DNA of 64,000 nucleotides, from contig NW_024704743.1 of assembly GCF_018977255.1 (NCBI RefSeq), forward strand, positions 65,102,001-65,166,000, read 5' to 3'. A program made the position numbers and the translations under genes. Positions 25,990-39,775 of this stretch are shown one piece after another (within the stretch, counting starts at the first letter, position 1; every line of letters begins with the position of its first letter). Origin of the DNA: Callorhinchus milii. Its lineage: Eukaryota. The notes beneath the pieces were generated by a model. That model saw only the letters and a list, made by a program, of their open reading frames with translations. It was not told where the DNA came from and made no database searches.

Positions 25990-27470
25990 ACACTGTCTCT
26001 GTCTTGAACTCAGCAGGCAGATACAGTTCCTCTCTTCCAGCACTGTCCCTCTCCCATTTAAAACTACTGTCATCACCCCCTCCTCAAAAAATCCAGCCTC
26101 AAATCCTGCAAACACGCTAACTACCAGCCCATCTCCGATCTACCCTTTTCCTATCAAAAGCTGCTGCTTCTCAACCTCAACTTCCAACTAAAACTCCTTC
26201 CAGTCTGGTTTCTGTCCTGCCCATAGTATTGAGACAGCCCTTGTAAAAGTAACCAATGATGTCCTCTCTCTCCATGACCAGGACTCCCTCTACCTCCTTG
26301 TCCTTCTCGGCCTCTCCGCTGCTTTTGACCTGCCCCTGCCTCTGCCCGCGTCCTCTCCCGCACCAGGCTCTGTGACCCTACCACCCCCATCCTCGCCCGT
26401 CTCCACTGGCTTTCCATCACAGAGGATACAGTTCAAGATCCTGGTCCTCACCTTCAAAACCCTCCATGGTCTTTCTCCCCACTACCTCTGCGACCTCCAA
26501 ACCCCTTACCATCCTGCTCGAACCCTCTGCTCAGCGGGCTCCGGCCTGCTTCACGTCCCCTGCCTCACTCGGCCCACTATTGGCGGGCGGGCCTTCTGCC
26601 ACTGCCCCATCCTCTGGAACGCCATCTTGCAGTCCCTCCCCCTCGCCCCCTCCCTTGCCACCTTCAAGACCTATCTCAAGACTCTCCTCTTCGACCGTGC
26701 TTTCGATCTCCCGGCATCCCTCCCCCGTCCTCCTCCCTCCCCATTCCCAACCCCCAGCTCGGGTCCGAAACTTTGTCTGTCCAGTACCTTGGGACGTCCT
26801 CCAGACATAGAAGGCGCTATACAAATTTTGTTGTTGTTGTTAACACTGTGGACCATTCCATCCTCCTTGATCACCTCTCCTCCCCATCCCCCTCCATGGG
26901 TCTGCACTCTACTGGTTCAATTCCTACTTGATCCACTGCTTCCACTTTGTTTCTCCTCCCACCCTTGCAGTCAGTCACCTTTTGTTCTACCTCGGGGCTC
27001 TATCCTGGCCCCTTAATTTTCCTAATCCACATGCTGCCTCTAGGTGACATCATCCAGACATCCCAGGTCCGCTGATGTTCTGTCCACCTGGCTGTCAGGT
27101 ATCAAGGCCTGGAGAAGGACCAACCTTCTGCAGCTTAACCCGGACAAGACGGAAGCCATCCATCTTGGTTCCTCCCAATGTCTCCTCACCTCCGCTTTGA
27201 TCTCCTCAACCTTCCTATAACCTTGGTGTCTGGTTTGATTCTCAGCTTTCATTCCAACGCGACATTCAGCCCCTGACCAGGAGCACTTTTTTTCACCTCT
27301 GCCACATTGCCCGGCTCCGACCCTATCTCAGCAAATGCTGCCGAAACCCACACCCATGATTTTGATACCTGATTTCTCAAACACTGGTCTCCCGAGTTCC
27401 CCTAGCCACAAGACTCTCGATCCATATCCTTACCATGCCCATCACCCCAATCCTCACCTGGTTCCCTGTA
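25990..27470 (+). mobile_element. Old L2 RT fragment with a younger L2 3' end (26330-26841) nested inside
   Basis: Remnants FKTTVITP, FQSGFCPAHSIETALVKVTND, LGLSAAFD | TVDHSILL, GSILAPLIFLIHMLPLGDII and LQLNPDKTEAI; the insert has QRIQFKILVLTFKTLHGLSP and a (ttg)n tail. Confidence 0.88.
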
Positions 27471-30119
27471 GCGTTCCCGTAAATAATTTTAGTTTATCTT
27501 GGTATTTTAAGAGCTGATTTTAATTTAATTTTGCTCAAGCTGTTTTGCTGAATTGTGATCTTGATGAACGTGGGATTCCGGGTCCTGTGAGAGCAGCTTT
27601 GGGTAAACAAGGACAAATGTGGTGAACATTATCACCCTGGTAGTCAAAGCCACTTGAGCAGGGCACTGATTGGAATGATGCACATATAATATTGCTAAGC
27701 TTTGCCGCCATGAACCATATAATTGTAATCATTTTAACACTGTAAATTGATGGTATTTTCTTGAGTTGATCATTATGCTATATTATTATGTATTTTGCCT
27801 ATAATGGAAAATTACTGAGCATTTGTACTGCTGCAGCTTTAAGTGAAATTTCGTTGCTGATTGTACTCCTGTGAACTTTGTAACTTTGCTAGATGCTGTT
27901 TTTTCCCTTCCACTTCCCTCCATATCTTTGGTTTTGCACTTGCATAACGTATTTACTCGGTAACCTAAAGAAAACTCCTACAACTGTATATTCGGATCTC
28001 TGGATTGGTAACGATACCTTTTTGTATCATGCACACTGCTATATGAAGGTTGGGAAATTAATTTTCTCCTGTCTGTGTGAGCTTGATTGTCTCAAAAGGT
28101 CCCAAACCATGCAAAGATTCACAAATTTTCAAGTCAACAACTTGATTTAAATGAAATACAAAATTGATCAATTGAGGTCAACACACCGACCGGATGGACT
28201 TCAAGATCCTCACCCGCATAATCAAATCCCTTCAGGCCCAAGCACCGTCCCCACTTCTCCTCCACCCTGCCTCAACTTCACTCTCTATTTATTTTAAAAT
28301 CCCATTTAAAACCTTTCTCTTCAACCGTGCCTTCCCCTGCACCTCCCTGATTTCCCTTGCTCGGAAACCAACCGTCATTGAGACGGCTCCAAGACATTAA
28401 CCTACACCCGGAGCGCTGCTGCTGCTGCTGTTGGTGGTGGTGGTGTAGAGAGCAAGGAGAGGGTGACCATTGGGTTGATTAAAAGACTGTACAGAAAGAG
28501 ATTTTAAAAAACTGATTGGTGAACGGAGAGAGAACTGGAAAGGGACACAGAAACAAATGCAAAACATAATGATAACAATGTTTTCCAATGTTAAGAGTGT
28601 AGTCAGACTGTAAAACCCTAAGGGAGCATAAGAGGGTTGAAAAAGAAGAATGAGCAAGAGCTGTTACCCCTTCCTTTTATTGTAGCATTTTCACTCCACA
28701 TGTCATCACAAACCTAGACTTTAGTGCTAAGTCTAGTACTGCATTATACCACTGTGTACCTTTCCAATGCTAGAAAATATTAGCCTCCCCTTCAAACAGA
28801 TCTGGTAACATTTCAAAGAATATGAACGGGGAACCTAGTTTAACTATTTGTATTGGTAATTTTTCTTAATGCTCTCTAGCATTTCTTTCCATAATGTCTG
28901 GCACTCCGAGACACTACCCCACATGAAGGGTACTATATAAACACAAGTTGTTGTTGTCTGATCAGTCAATATCCTCATAATAGATCTGCTCCATCCTCCA
29001 AACATCACCAATTATACTGAACACATTGCAGAACACAGTTCTGAACACAGTGTAATGGCTGCCACTTATAATACAAAACAAATTTACATTTATATAGTGT
29101 CTTTCACATTGGGAGGATGTACCAAGTCTCTGGACAGCTCAAGACTTGTACCCAAGCTGGGGATGTGAGTTGAGAGTGGGTGAATTGAGGGTGGTGAGGG
29201 GGGATTTAAAAGTCAGGACGAGGAACGTGAACTCAGTCTACTGGGGGAGTGCTAGCAGAGCCTAGTGCAGGAGAAAGTACGATCTGCAGAGTACTGGATA
29301 GTCTGTGGGTATAATATGTTGAGTGTCCTTTTTGTGATTTGCTAGGTGTCTGACACATATTGTAAAACGATGTGCCTGTTTGTATTTTCTGTGCGAATAA
29401 TGTATTGAAGAGAAAACTTAATGTGTATGTGAGGGAGAAAGAAATAGAGAGGTTTAGTTGTGAGGTTTAGGAGCGTGGGGTTCACGTGGAGTATAAACAC
29501 AGGCACGGACTAGTTGGGCCAAATACATTATTTCAATGTCATATTATTCTATGTAACTATATTCAATTTTTGCAAGCAAGAATTCTCTTTTTTTTTGCAC
29601 GTCACATTTACTTGTAATAAAACCATGGTAACCCTCCCAAAGGAAAACATACTCCAAATATTACCAGATTATTTTCTTCCCAAAAATATGAAGACAACAC
29701 ACAGAATAAAGGCATAAGCCACCCATAAAACATGATGCCCTCCATTTCTATCGTTTCAGTCAATAACAAAAACAGATCTTGTTTCTGACAGTGAACATGT
29801 TTAAGATGAAATCCCACTTGATGAGAGTTTTTAACAACACTGACAGCTAGTGGCTGAAAGAGGCTTTTCAGCCCAGCCCCACTGTCAAGTCTACAATTGG
29901 ATGGAACATTTGTACCATTTCCACAGAGATGAACTGATGCTGTGCCAATTACGTTATTAATTGGGGAGGGTGGGGGGGAGATTGATTTGTGTGGCCGAAC
30001 TTGAAAAAGATTCCTATATCATGGCATTTGCTAGATCGTTCACATACTGGGGGTCAAACTGGAAATGGGTTAAAACAATAGATAATGACATAAATCTGAC
30101 ATAAAAGCTGTTAACAATG

Positions 30120-30325
30120 GAAACGTGAAATAAACTCAGAAAATGTCGGAAATGCACAGCAGCTGAACCAGCAGCTGAAGGAGAATAACAAGTTAACATT
30201 TTCGGTGTGACTCAATTTTTATCAGATCTCATGTATTTCTGATGACAGGTCACATATGGAACGTTGACATATCGTTCTCTTTCTGACGTAATTCATTTAC
30301 CAGCATTTTCTATTTATTCCTCCCA
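30120..30325. mobile_element. Degraded Penelope-type palindromic repeat
   Basis: gaaataaactcagaaaatgtcggaaatgcacagcag...ttctgatgacaggtcac...cagcattttctatttattcc; same layout as 4930-5160. Confidence 0.6.
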
Positions 30326-30369
30326 AAGTTGGAAATCCGACAGCATAAATTCCCAAAACAGGCATTGAA

Positions 30370-30685
30370 ACCAAACAATAGTCTTCCTGCGTTCCTGTGC
30401 TTTGTTGGCGAGTCCAAAACAAGGGAGCATAAATATAAAACGGTTAGTAGCAAATCCAAAGAAGAGTATAGAACAAACTCTTCACAGAAAGTGATGAAAA
30501 TCTGGAAGTCCACTGCCGGAATCTGTGCTTGAAGCAGACGGCATCAAGGTATTTAGGAAGAAACGGTGTCCACATGAAGGAGAAGGAGTTAAAGGGGTGT
30601 GATGGATGGAAGCTCATGTGGAGTATTAACACTGTTGGGCTGAATGGCCTGTTTCCATGCTGTAAAGTTTTATGTAATTCTATGT
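30370..30685 (+). mobile_element. CR1-type LINE 3' end
   Basis: ESKTREHKYK...NSSQKVMKIWKS remnants and 3'UTR gttgggctgaatggcctgtttccatgctgta. Confidence 0.8.
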
Positions 30686-33502
30686 CTGCTGTCTGTAGTG
30701 CTTCAAAAGACTCACAATTTGTTGTCTCCCAACAAGCTGTCAAAATCCTTTGTTTCGCAAATGCTCCCTATGTCAGAGTTTTGAAAAGATTTGAAAACAG
30801 CATTACAGTGACTTGTGGTGATACCCTCCTCCAAAAAAAACACAAGCTAGGCCTGAAACCGAAAACATTTGTATAACAAATAAACAGAACTCAGAGCCAA
30901 ATCATTTCAGTGAATGATTGATAGAGAGCTTCACGCAAATGACCTCAATGCGCCTGTAGCAGGCTCATAATGTGACCAATGAATTCAACAGGGTGGCTTT
31001 GTGAGCACAAGAGCGTTCATTTAAAACCTATAAGAATAATTCCTTCTTAGTCCCCTTGTTTTCATCTCAACTGTGTCATTTAGATTGTAAGAAAGGATGT
31101 ACGTTTCCTTCAATACAATGTCACGAGCAATGCTGAGCTCAAATGGCATTTTCAAGGGTTGTTCCAGATGGTTGAATAAATGAATCTTTCACACTGTTAG
31201 TCAACCATTCAAAGCACAGGGTGAACAAACATTAACCTGAATCGATGGTCTGAGCTTCACTATTGCAAAGGATGTTGAGATCTCACATTCATGGAGATCC
31301 TGTCCCAAATGTCACTCTGCCCTTCAGATGCTAAGCACTGGAGATGCTGAATCTGTCTGGTGTTAAGGGCAAAATGGACATAAATGCCCTGTAAAGTGTG
31401 AAAACTTGTAAGCAATACCATGGGCTACGTTTAATGCTACAGATACAAGAGTGCAAGATGCAATTCTGTCCGTACTAATGTGAAATCGACCCACTCCACA
31501 AATGGCCAGTTTAGGTTGTGAGCAGCTCCCAGGTGAGAGGCTCTAAAGGGGAGGATGCTCCTGCTGGCTTTGTGCTCTTTACCTTATTGAAATGCCAGCT
31601 CTTCAGCGACTTTTGTTCTTCCTTTCAAATGCAGTGATGTCGGGCATTGTGCACATGTCCATTCTATAGTTAATGAGGTGCTGCCAAGTAGCCAAGGCCA
31701 CTATGCTGTACTTTCACGTTTAACACTGACAGCAGGGCTGCTCGTGAGCGAAAAGCAACCAGTTCCACATTTGCCAATCGTGTGCAGCAAATATTAATCA
31801 GTCATTTTTAATCATATTCTTTTATAGGTGGTAGGATTGCAGTCATTTGGTACAATTCTAAGATTTGTGTTACTAACTTTCTAACAAAACTGGGAAGGGT
31901 TTTTATTTCTATAATGTAGAAAGGGCATAGAGAGATGTATTTACACCTTGTTGGCATGTACAATCTGACAATATGTTGTCCCATGGATCTCAACTTGTGA
32001 CTCCCTGAGGGTAAATTTATAAGCACATCTTGGCTGGCTGTAACAGTCCCCTGTTCAAGCTACAGAAAGTGACCTTGGTTCCTCTCCCACAACTAACCAA
32101 AGGCCAAATGGGCATGCTTACAATGCATGACATCATTGCATTACATGCATGCAACAGAATGCCAAGCAAAGGTGCAATCTTTAAAATATCTGCAAGGGTA
32201 CAGGTAATATTTGCCTATAAATAAGAGCTATCTTGTAATCCATGCTTCCTCTCCCCCGTCCTCATCAGCTCAGTCAGCTATGTGAAGCACTGAGAGATGT
32301 CCTCCTGATGTGAACAGAATTTTATATAAATTAAACTACAATTGTAAAGTACATAATCACTGCGCTTCACAGCAATTAACCGTGAAGTGTTTTGAGACCC
32401 GGAAACAATATATTTGTTCTATGAAATGCAAGGATTTAAAGGATGGCACAGTCACAGGTTATTTTTCCCTCACTCACAAGGAGGAAAAAACACATGAACT
32501 GCTGATTGACCCTGGTCTATTCTCACCCATCTGCTTGCAGCAAATCACAGATTAGTTGTGCGAAAGGCCTGAGAGCAGATCACTTGCTTGCTCTTTTAGC
32601 TGTAGAACAGTGTGTATCACAGGGGAGAGAGCAAACCATAGTTCAAGTTTCAGATTGTGGAATATAAACAGCTGTAGATGCAAAATGTCTACAATCATTT
32701 CATGTTGCAGACTACAGGAAGTGCTTGGATGAGTCCAGATTTTAATAATCTATCTTTGGAACAAATCTAATTGGACATAAGAGGCCTAAGTCTTGAAAAT
32801 TCACGCCTAAATTCCTAGGAATGCTTAGTTATAATACGTGTCAAGATGCAAGTTACAAAACAGCAAACATTCTGCATTAATGCCATGTGTAAGATCACCA
32901 CAGGGTTCATCCAGCCGTTTATGTGATCCAGGCCAGGCACACCTTATTCAACACAGAATTTAACCACAGACAATGTAACTAAGCCCATTAAAGCACAGTT
33001 CAATTTGAGTGCAACGTTAAAAGTAAACAATTCAGCTCTCGTGAAGCTGTTCTGTATTACTGTGCATCGAATATTAATTCATGGATCTTGGATTCATGTA
33101 AAGCCATATTATATCCTTTGCCTGGACTAATTAGTTTAATGTTCGTCAATTTATCACCAGAAACTACAACACTGTGAACTTCTCCCCTTTTTTGCAGCAC
33201 AGCATGGAGGAGGGAGGAAGAATAAAATCTCTTATTTGAAATGCAAGGACGTCTACATCAAGTTACAATGGTTTTGCTTTATGATTTTGATATTAACAAG
33301 TGATCCAAGTACACAATCCATTTTTGACAGTGAACATGGTGAGGCCATCAGCAACAATGCATAAAAGAAACATCAGACTGAGCAGAGATGAGGCATCAAT
33401 TCGAGGAAGGGGGAAAAGGAGAAAAGGGTTGACTGAATGGAACTGGGGGCAGGATGGGCATAATGGAATTTTTTTTAAAAAGGAGCATAAAACAGTGAAG
33501 AA

Positions 33503-33920
33503 TATAATAATTCTTGCATTTAATATAGCTCCTTATCATATTGTTGAGACGTCTCAAAGTACTTCACAGAATATATTGTAAAGTGGATTGACTATTTTGT
33601 GGGCGAAATGTGGCAGCCAATTGCACACTGCAGATGTCCCACAAAGTCATGGATTAAGTGACCAATTTTGGGGGATGGGGAGGGATTATTACCTCTGGAA
33701 AGCGATCCGCCTATCGACTAACAACCAGATTCCTATTTGCTCCTAGGTAAACAGAGGCTTGTGGAGTAAGCAAACTTTCCTAAGGTTACACCCGCCTGGG
33801 AATCTAAATTGGGTTCTCTCATTTGCAAGACGAGAGCAACAACAACAACATTCCATTTATAGAGCGCCTTTCACGTCGGGAGGACGTCCCAAGGCGCTGG
33901 ACAGTTGGGTCAGGACCCAA
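33503..33920 (-). mobile_element. tRNA-SINE (long form) whose head is cut by a short L2 3' tail (about 33836-33920)
   Basis: SINE body 33503-33836 abuts (caa)n-attccatttatagagcgcctttcacgtcgggaggacgtcccaaggcgctg. Confidence 0.8.
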
Positions 33921-35204
33921 CCCACCAACCACTATGGGATTCCACAATGATAAAAATCCTTTTGTCCTAACAAGTCTATTACTTCCTATGATAGAGTATT
34001 ACCAACTCTATCATGTAAGTGTAATTTTGTATTGTATTTTGCCTATTCCATTTCATCACCTGAGGAAACTTTTTGCCTACAAGCAGAATTTCAGACTATC
34101 TTGCAATCTTACATCCTACAATCATCACTGTGTAGGATAGTTAAATAGTCTGTATCATCTGTATGTTTATTATTTTTGGCCTCAATCCTATTCCTAAATA
34201 GATATTCATTTTGACACAGATTTACTTATTTTTATTTGTGAGTTTATTCCACATATCAACTACTGGGGGAAGGGGAGGTGGAGGAGGGGAGAGAAGAGAA
34301 TTCTTTCTAATCAGCTGACGTCTTTATGGCTTGTTATTTTTAAATCAATTTTATAACTGTACAGCACTGTATCGCAATGAGCATTTTGTTTATATGACTG
34401 GTAGATTCATGGGTGTATGTACTGCATGAATACTGACTATGCTTTCGGACGTCAGTATAAACTATTGACTCAACCCTGACAGAAGTACAGGCCCAAGTTC
34501 TCACAGTTAATGGAGTTATTGATGGATTTGGAGGGCAATAACCCAAGGAATCTTAAAATGCTAGCCAAATCCCGTAAACCTTTTTTTGTGGCACAAAGAA
34601 ATCAATGTAAAACTATTAATGGGCCTCATTAACATGTGCAATTTTAACTCTCTATTTTCTGTGGTTTTAGAGTTCTTTAAGATCTATGCCGATTTACAGC
34701 TGGTACACGTTGGAGTAAACATGTAACATACTACTATAGAAGGGATTCAACTTGTGCAAAGTGGACAACGGGTGGGATGGGGTGCATGTTCCTTTAAGTG
34801 AAACTACTTTCAGCTATTGCAGTCACAATGATCTGTATCTTAGTAAAATGTTAGTGAGGTATATAGAGCTCCTTATCTGATCTTCCTCTGCCATTAATAT
34901 AGAGAGACTGTATACCCCAACTCACAGCCTTGAGAACCCACTCCTGCATGTAAAGAGGGTAGAATTACTACTGCATTCTTCTACTGATAACTGGGTTTCT
35001 CTTTAAAAAATTAAAATTTACAACATACATAGGTTACTATGTAACAACAGTGTATTTTGTAGGCGAACAAATCTTTGATTTGACACAAAACATCTCTTCA
35101 TAATGTCTGAAAGCAAACCTCTCAAATCTTATTTCTAGGTCATATCCTGCTAGAATCAGCAGAATCATTATGTCAAAATGTCTTTGATCTATACAACAGA
35201 TCTT

Positions 35205-35545
35205 TCACCCGGCGAGGGCGAAACGTTGGGAAAGTTTTCTTTCTTCAAATGCTTCTGTTCAACTAAGTAAGTGGGAGCTCGGTTGTTCACCAGTAAAGGT
35301 ACATAACATTCTTTATTCTGAAGGCTATGGAAATTGCCAATAAGTCAATTGGCAGATCGCTTTTCTGGGGGTAATAATCCTTCAAAAAAATAATAACAAT
35401 TTGTTCACTCAATCCGTGACTGTTTGTGGGACACTGCTGTGCGCAAGTATACAGTCAATTCATTTTACAGAATATTCTGTGAAGCGCTTTGAGATGTCTC
35501 AAAGACATGATAAGGCGCTATATCAAAAGCAAGGATTATTATTAG
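35205..35545 (+). mobile_element. Older tRNA-SINE copy with a foreign ~52-bp insert (35289-35340)
   Basis: gggcgaaacgttgggaaagtt...ggttgtt|insert|agtcaattggcagatcgc...gtgaagcgctttgagatgtc...aggattattatt. Confidence 0.75.
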
Positions 35546-36299
35546 TAGTACATATGTATGCGGGCAAGTTTTATATATCCATTAATAAATAAGGCTGTAA
35601 GAAAATAGCAGCCCAGAAATCATATCATTTTGTAACTTTTAAGGACTGGTGGATGGTCCAATGCGAGTGCAGGATGTGTTGATAGATAGGCAGACAGTCA
35701 ATGGGAGCACATACTCACTGTCGTCATTAAAAGGCTCAAAGAGTTGTGGTTTCTGGGCCGCAATTTTCTTAGCCTTCAGAATAAAGAATTTTATGTATCT
35801 TCACCTCACCTCATACTCTGGCATCTCTCTAACTCTCTACTCTGCTCACACCCAGTTCCTCTATCCGCACCCCCCAGCTCCACCTCACTGGCTGGCTCCA
35901 ACCGCTTACATGTCCCTCATCCCTCAGTTCCACAGCCGGTGGCCTTTAGCCATTCTGGAATACTTTGCCTCAATCGCTCTGCCTGGCACCCTCCATTCCC
36001 GTAATCAGATCTAACCCGAGGACCTTCCTCTTCAACCGTGCCTGCAGTCACCTCCCTTTCTCCGTCTCAGCATCAAGCACCACCACTGATAAGTGCTCAG
36101 AGACGCTACCCCGCGTGAAGAGTGCTATATAAATGAAAGCTGTTGCTGTTGTGGCATTTGCCAAAACAGATTATCCTAATGTCTAACCCAACATCTAGGA
36201 AAGCAGTTTGGATCCAATGAACTGTGTGTAAGTTTTTAAGCTATTGGATGCTGTTCAGACTTATTGTGCAGCATATTAATAAGGTTGGTATGTTCTTGT

Positions 36300-36625
36300 G
36301 ACCCAAGGTTGTGGGTTCAAGCCCCATGTCGGGACTCATATAGTCTAAGGTGAAACTACAATACAGTGCTGGATTGTTGGAGGTTGGACGAGATATTAAA
36401 CTGAGGCTCCTCTATGCCTGTTCAGATAGACGCTAAAGATCCCATGGCACTATTTGAAAAGAGATGGGGTTTATCCCCATGTCCTGGTCAACAATCCTCC
36501 AAATAAAATTGCTCACTCACTTCATGGCTGTTGGTGTGACATTGCTGCGATTGCACTTTACAGTATATCTTGTGAAGCAATTTGGGATATCTTCCCAATG
36601 TATAAAGCTCTATTTCAACTGTGGC
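36300..36625 (+). mobile_element. Deu-domain SINE
   Basis: ggttgtgggttcaagcccc...gcctgttcagatagacgctaaagatcccatggcactatttgaa...gtcctggtcaac. Confidence 0.78.
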
Positions 36626-38577
36626 GATAATTATAGAGAATGAAGATGACGAGGCATGGCTTCTGAAGGCAACAGAGCATGTTGAGGTTAGTTACGGGTT
36701 GGGTCATTGACTCTGTTCTTCAGTCTCGGTAGCTGCTCGCCACTGTGTCATTGCTAGGTGTGACAGGAGTTGGTGAACCTCACCAGCTCTGCAGTCAGAT
36801 TGCTACTCCCATGCCAGGCTGTCACTCGCTGTGCTGGTTTCCTCTTGATGGAAGTTTATAGGGATAATGTACACCTCGCCTCTCTTGGAACATCAGGGCA
36901 AACCACTCCCCCCACAAGCCGACCCCACAAGTGACATATTAATGACCCATGTACTTGATTTGACACCAAAGCAGTAATTCAAACCTGCATTTATTTTAAG
37001 ATGAAACCTTTGGCAACTAGGTTGTAAAAGGCTGTATCATAAGCTTCATATTGTCCATGCCAATAGCCTCATTTTATTAGCTGATGATGCCATTCACTGC
37101 AAGAAAGCTGCTTGCTTCTGCTGTTTAGTGATTTAGTTAAGACCACATTCTCAAAAGAAACTGGTCCTCAAATATCTAAGGCCAAAGTTACTTTACTTGT
37201 AAGAGGCTACCTAAATATATATTGGATAAAAACCTGTTTCTAAAAACCACAAAGCTCAATGCGTTCAATGAGTTTCTGTAATTCTGCTGTTGGATGATCA
37301 TTCCAGAAATGCTCCAGTCCAGTTGACATTGTTGTGGAATTGGGACAGAGGACGAAAGCTACAGTGGACTAAATGGAAATAGAAGCTGAGGAGGAGAGGC
37401 TGCTGTTTAGACTGAGGGGAGAAACACCTGCATGGGATCTTGGAAAACAGCCAGGCTGCTCGGAAACTTGGGAACTCATATAGTAAAATGGCCAAATTTT
37501 TCAGACTATGTAAACCTTCTTTCACATTCTGAGACTGTCCAAACCAATAGAAAGAACTTGCAAATGAAACCTACACATACTTCCAATCTCCAGATCAAAT
37601 GGTGCCATTCACATCATTTTTTTAACAAAAGACATTTGACTGTACAACATTTGACTGCAGAAAATAATAATTTGATATTAAAAAGCACCAAAGTAATTCC
37701 TGGAATCCAACCATCTGAAATCCATAGTCTCTAAATTTACAGATATTTTCAAGGATAATGGGAACAATTTCCTAAGAGAAGCAAGAATTTAGCGAACATC
37801 TTGCTTACAGTGGCAAAAGATCAGGATTCATTTTAACTTCCAATGGCTATTACAAATGTTAAAACCACGGCATCAGTTGCACAAGATCATGTTTACGCTG
37901 GCATCCAGGTTTGTGTCCTGTATCCCTGCCAGTCCTTCCTCCTGCATGCCCCCTGTTACTACATTGATTGAATAGGAGTCCCTGAACTCAGCTATCCAAC
38001 CTGCACCAGAAATGCTGAGTAGATCACACAAGAGATCACAACAGTGGTTCAGACGTGAGGCTCTTCCCAAAGAGAGGGAGAAACAGTCTACACCTGCGGC
38101 TTTGGTTCTGAACCTCTCAATCAGCTGGCTTCAGAGTGCGATTCTTACAGCAGCCTGGCATTTGGTTCAGATAAACATCAACCACCATTATCACAATCCC
38201 TGCACCATCACCTGTTCACCTTTCTGAGTGATCCCAGTACCATGTCAGGAACACAGAAGCCTCAATTTCTGTGCTGGGCCAGTAAAATGCAATAGGAAAC
38301 ACCCACTGCAATTGCACCTAGCTACCTCTTGTTTCTCTTGATTCCTAAATTATCTATGGTCCCTCTTCTCTTCCAAGCTTTACCTGGTAACAGAGACTGA
38401 ATCCCATTAATTCCTATAAAACCTCAGGCTCAAATTGTTGTCAAATTGACAACCCAATAACTCTTATTCATACTTCTTGAGAGTGATGTAACATAAAATA
38501 GGTAATACATGACATAGCAAATCAGCAAAGGAATGAGTCTGTTGAATGGCATTTCACCACGTTTGTTTCAATCTTAC

Positions 38578-38669
38578 CTTTGTTTTCTTTTTTCCAATTT
38601 TAAAGAAACCAAATAGACCTTTTTCTTCTCTTTCTGGCACTCCGATTGTTACAGCACTCTGACTCATCT
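38578..38669 (-). CDS. COBL: Cordon-bleu family coding exon (92 nt, phase 1 to 0)
   Basis: Acceptor ctgttgtgttgcag|AG ATG; donor ACA AAG|gtaaga. Encodes (E)MSQSAVTIGVPEREEKGLFGFFKIGKKKTK, matching the family KEKKKFLGFFK / KENKGFFSFF motif. Too short for the ORF track. Confidence 0.9.
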
Positions 38670-39600
38670 CTGCAACACAACAGACTACTGTCAGCTTTTT
38701 GAAGATACCAGTGAACCTTCTGCTTTACAAGAGAAGTACATATTCAGTATGAATTTAAAAGGTTTTCATTTGTGCAGAAATGTATTATTTTTTCTTATCC
38801 AGCCAGGATATATATTTGTGGTATTCTGTAGCTGTAGAAAGTGCCAAGCGTTTGATGGATGCAGAGGTAGCTTTGTGTTAACTCGAACAACATAGGAAAA
38901 GGAACAGAAGGAGGCCATTCAGCCCATTGAGCCTGTTCCGCAAAGAACCATTTGTCTCTTTGAAAACTGATTTTTCTGTACATCATTAAAAAACAATTAC
39001 ACAAGTATTTCCCCTATGTTTCCTTTTGTTGTATGTGTGGATAGTTTTTCCCCAGTTGAAACTGGCATGAAAAGGCACCTGTGGGCTGAAATTCTAGCTG
39101 ATGTTAAGCATAATGCCTTTGGTGACATTCCAGTTATAATGATGCCTCATAAAAAACGTTAAGAAACATGAAAATGAAGAAAAAAACTACTGTACACAAT
39201 CAGTCCACTCTCCCCAACCCATTTCATCTCCTGACGGGTCCCTGGACATAACCAGCATTTAAGGGAAGTAAATCAGAAGTCTATGTTTTACTCTTAAATG
39301 GACCTAAAAATAATTTGATACCTTTTGTTACCATGGGATTAGCAAACCTACAATGATTGAATAGTATCCATTACACATTTAAAAAAAAACAAATTGTGAT
39401 TTAAGAAATAATAAGAAATGTAAACGTAAAAAATCATTTAAGAAATGTATAAAAACATGCTCAAAAAAGTGCTTGAAAGGTTTTAAATTAGCAACAGACC
39501 TTTGGACTGAGCTTGTACTAGCCATTAAATATTTTATTATTATTATTCAAATCAGCAACAAACTATTTCCAACTTGCAGCTCTGCAGATTATCATAAAAA

Positions 39601-39775
39601 AGGACTTGAAATTCCACCTAGTCTTTGTCTACGGGATTACTTTGTTTTCAAATTTAAAATCATGCAGAGTTGTGGAAAATATTTTAATTGAGTCTTAAAT
39701 TGGAAATCATTTTTTTAATTGAATTTAAGAATATTCAACAATTTTGCACGATCTTAAATTTTATGACAAATTGAT
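39601..39775. mobile_element. AT-rich foldback/MITE-like element
   Basis: Internal inverted arms about 39641-39675 / 39736-39770; begins ggacttgaaattccacc; related to 24464-24691. Confidence 0.55.

Noticed and set aside
26372..27016. Long Pro/Ser-rich ORFs here and at 48139-48627 and 63088-63467
   Set aside because: L2 ORF2 remnants or alternative frames of C-rich L2 sequence, not host genes.
37375..37445. EERLLFRL..P-like peptide reminiscent of a Penelope endonuclease C-terminus
   Set aside because: Too short and frameshifted to support.
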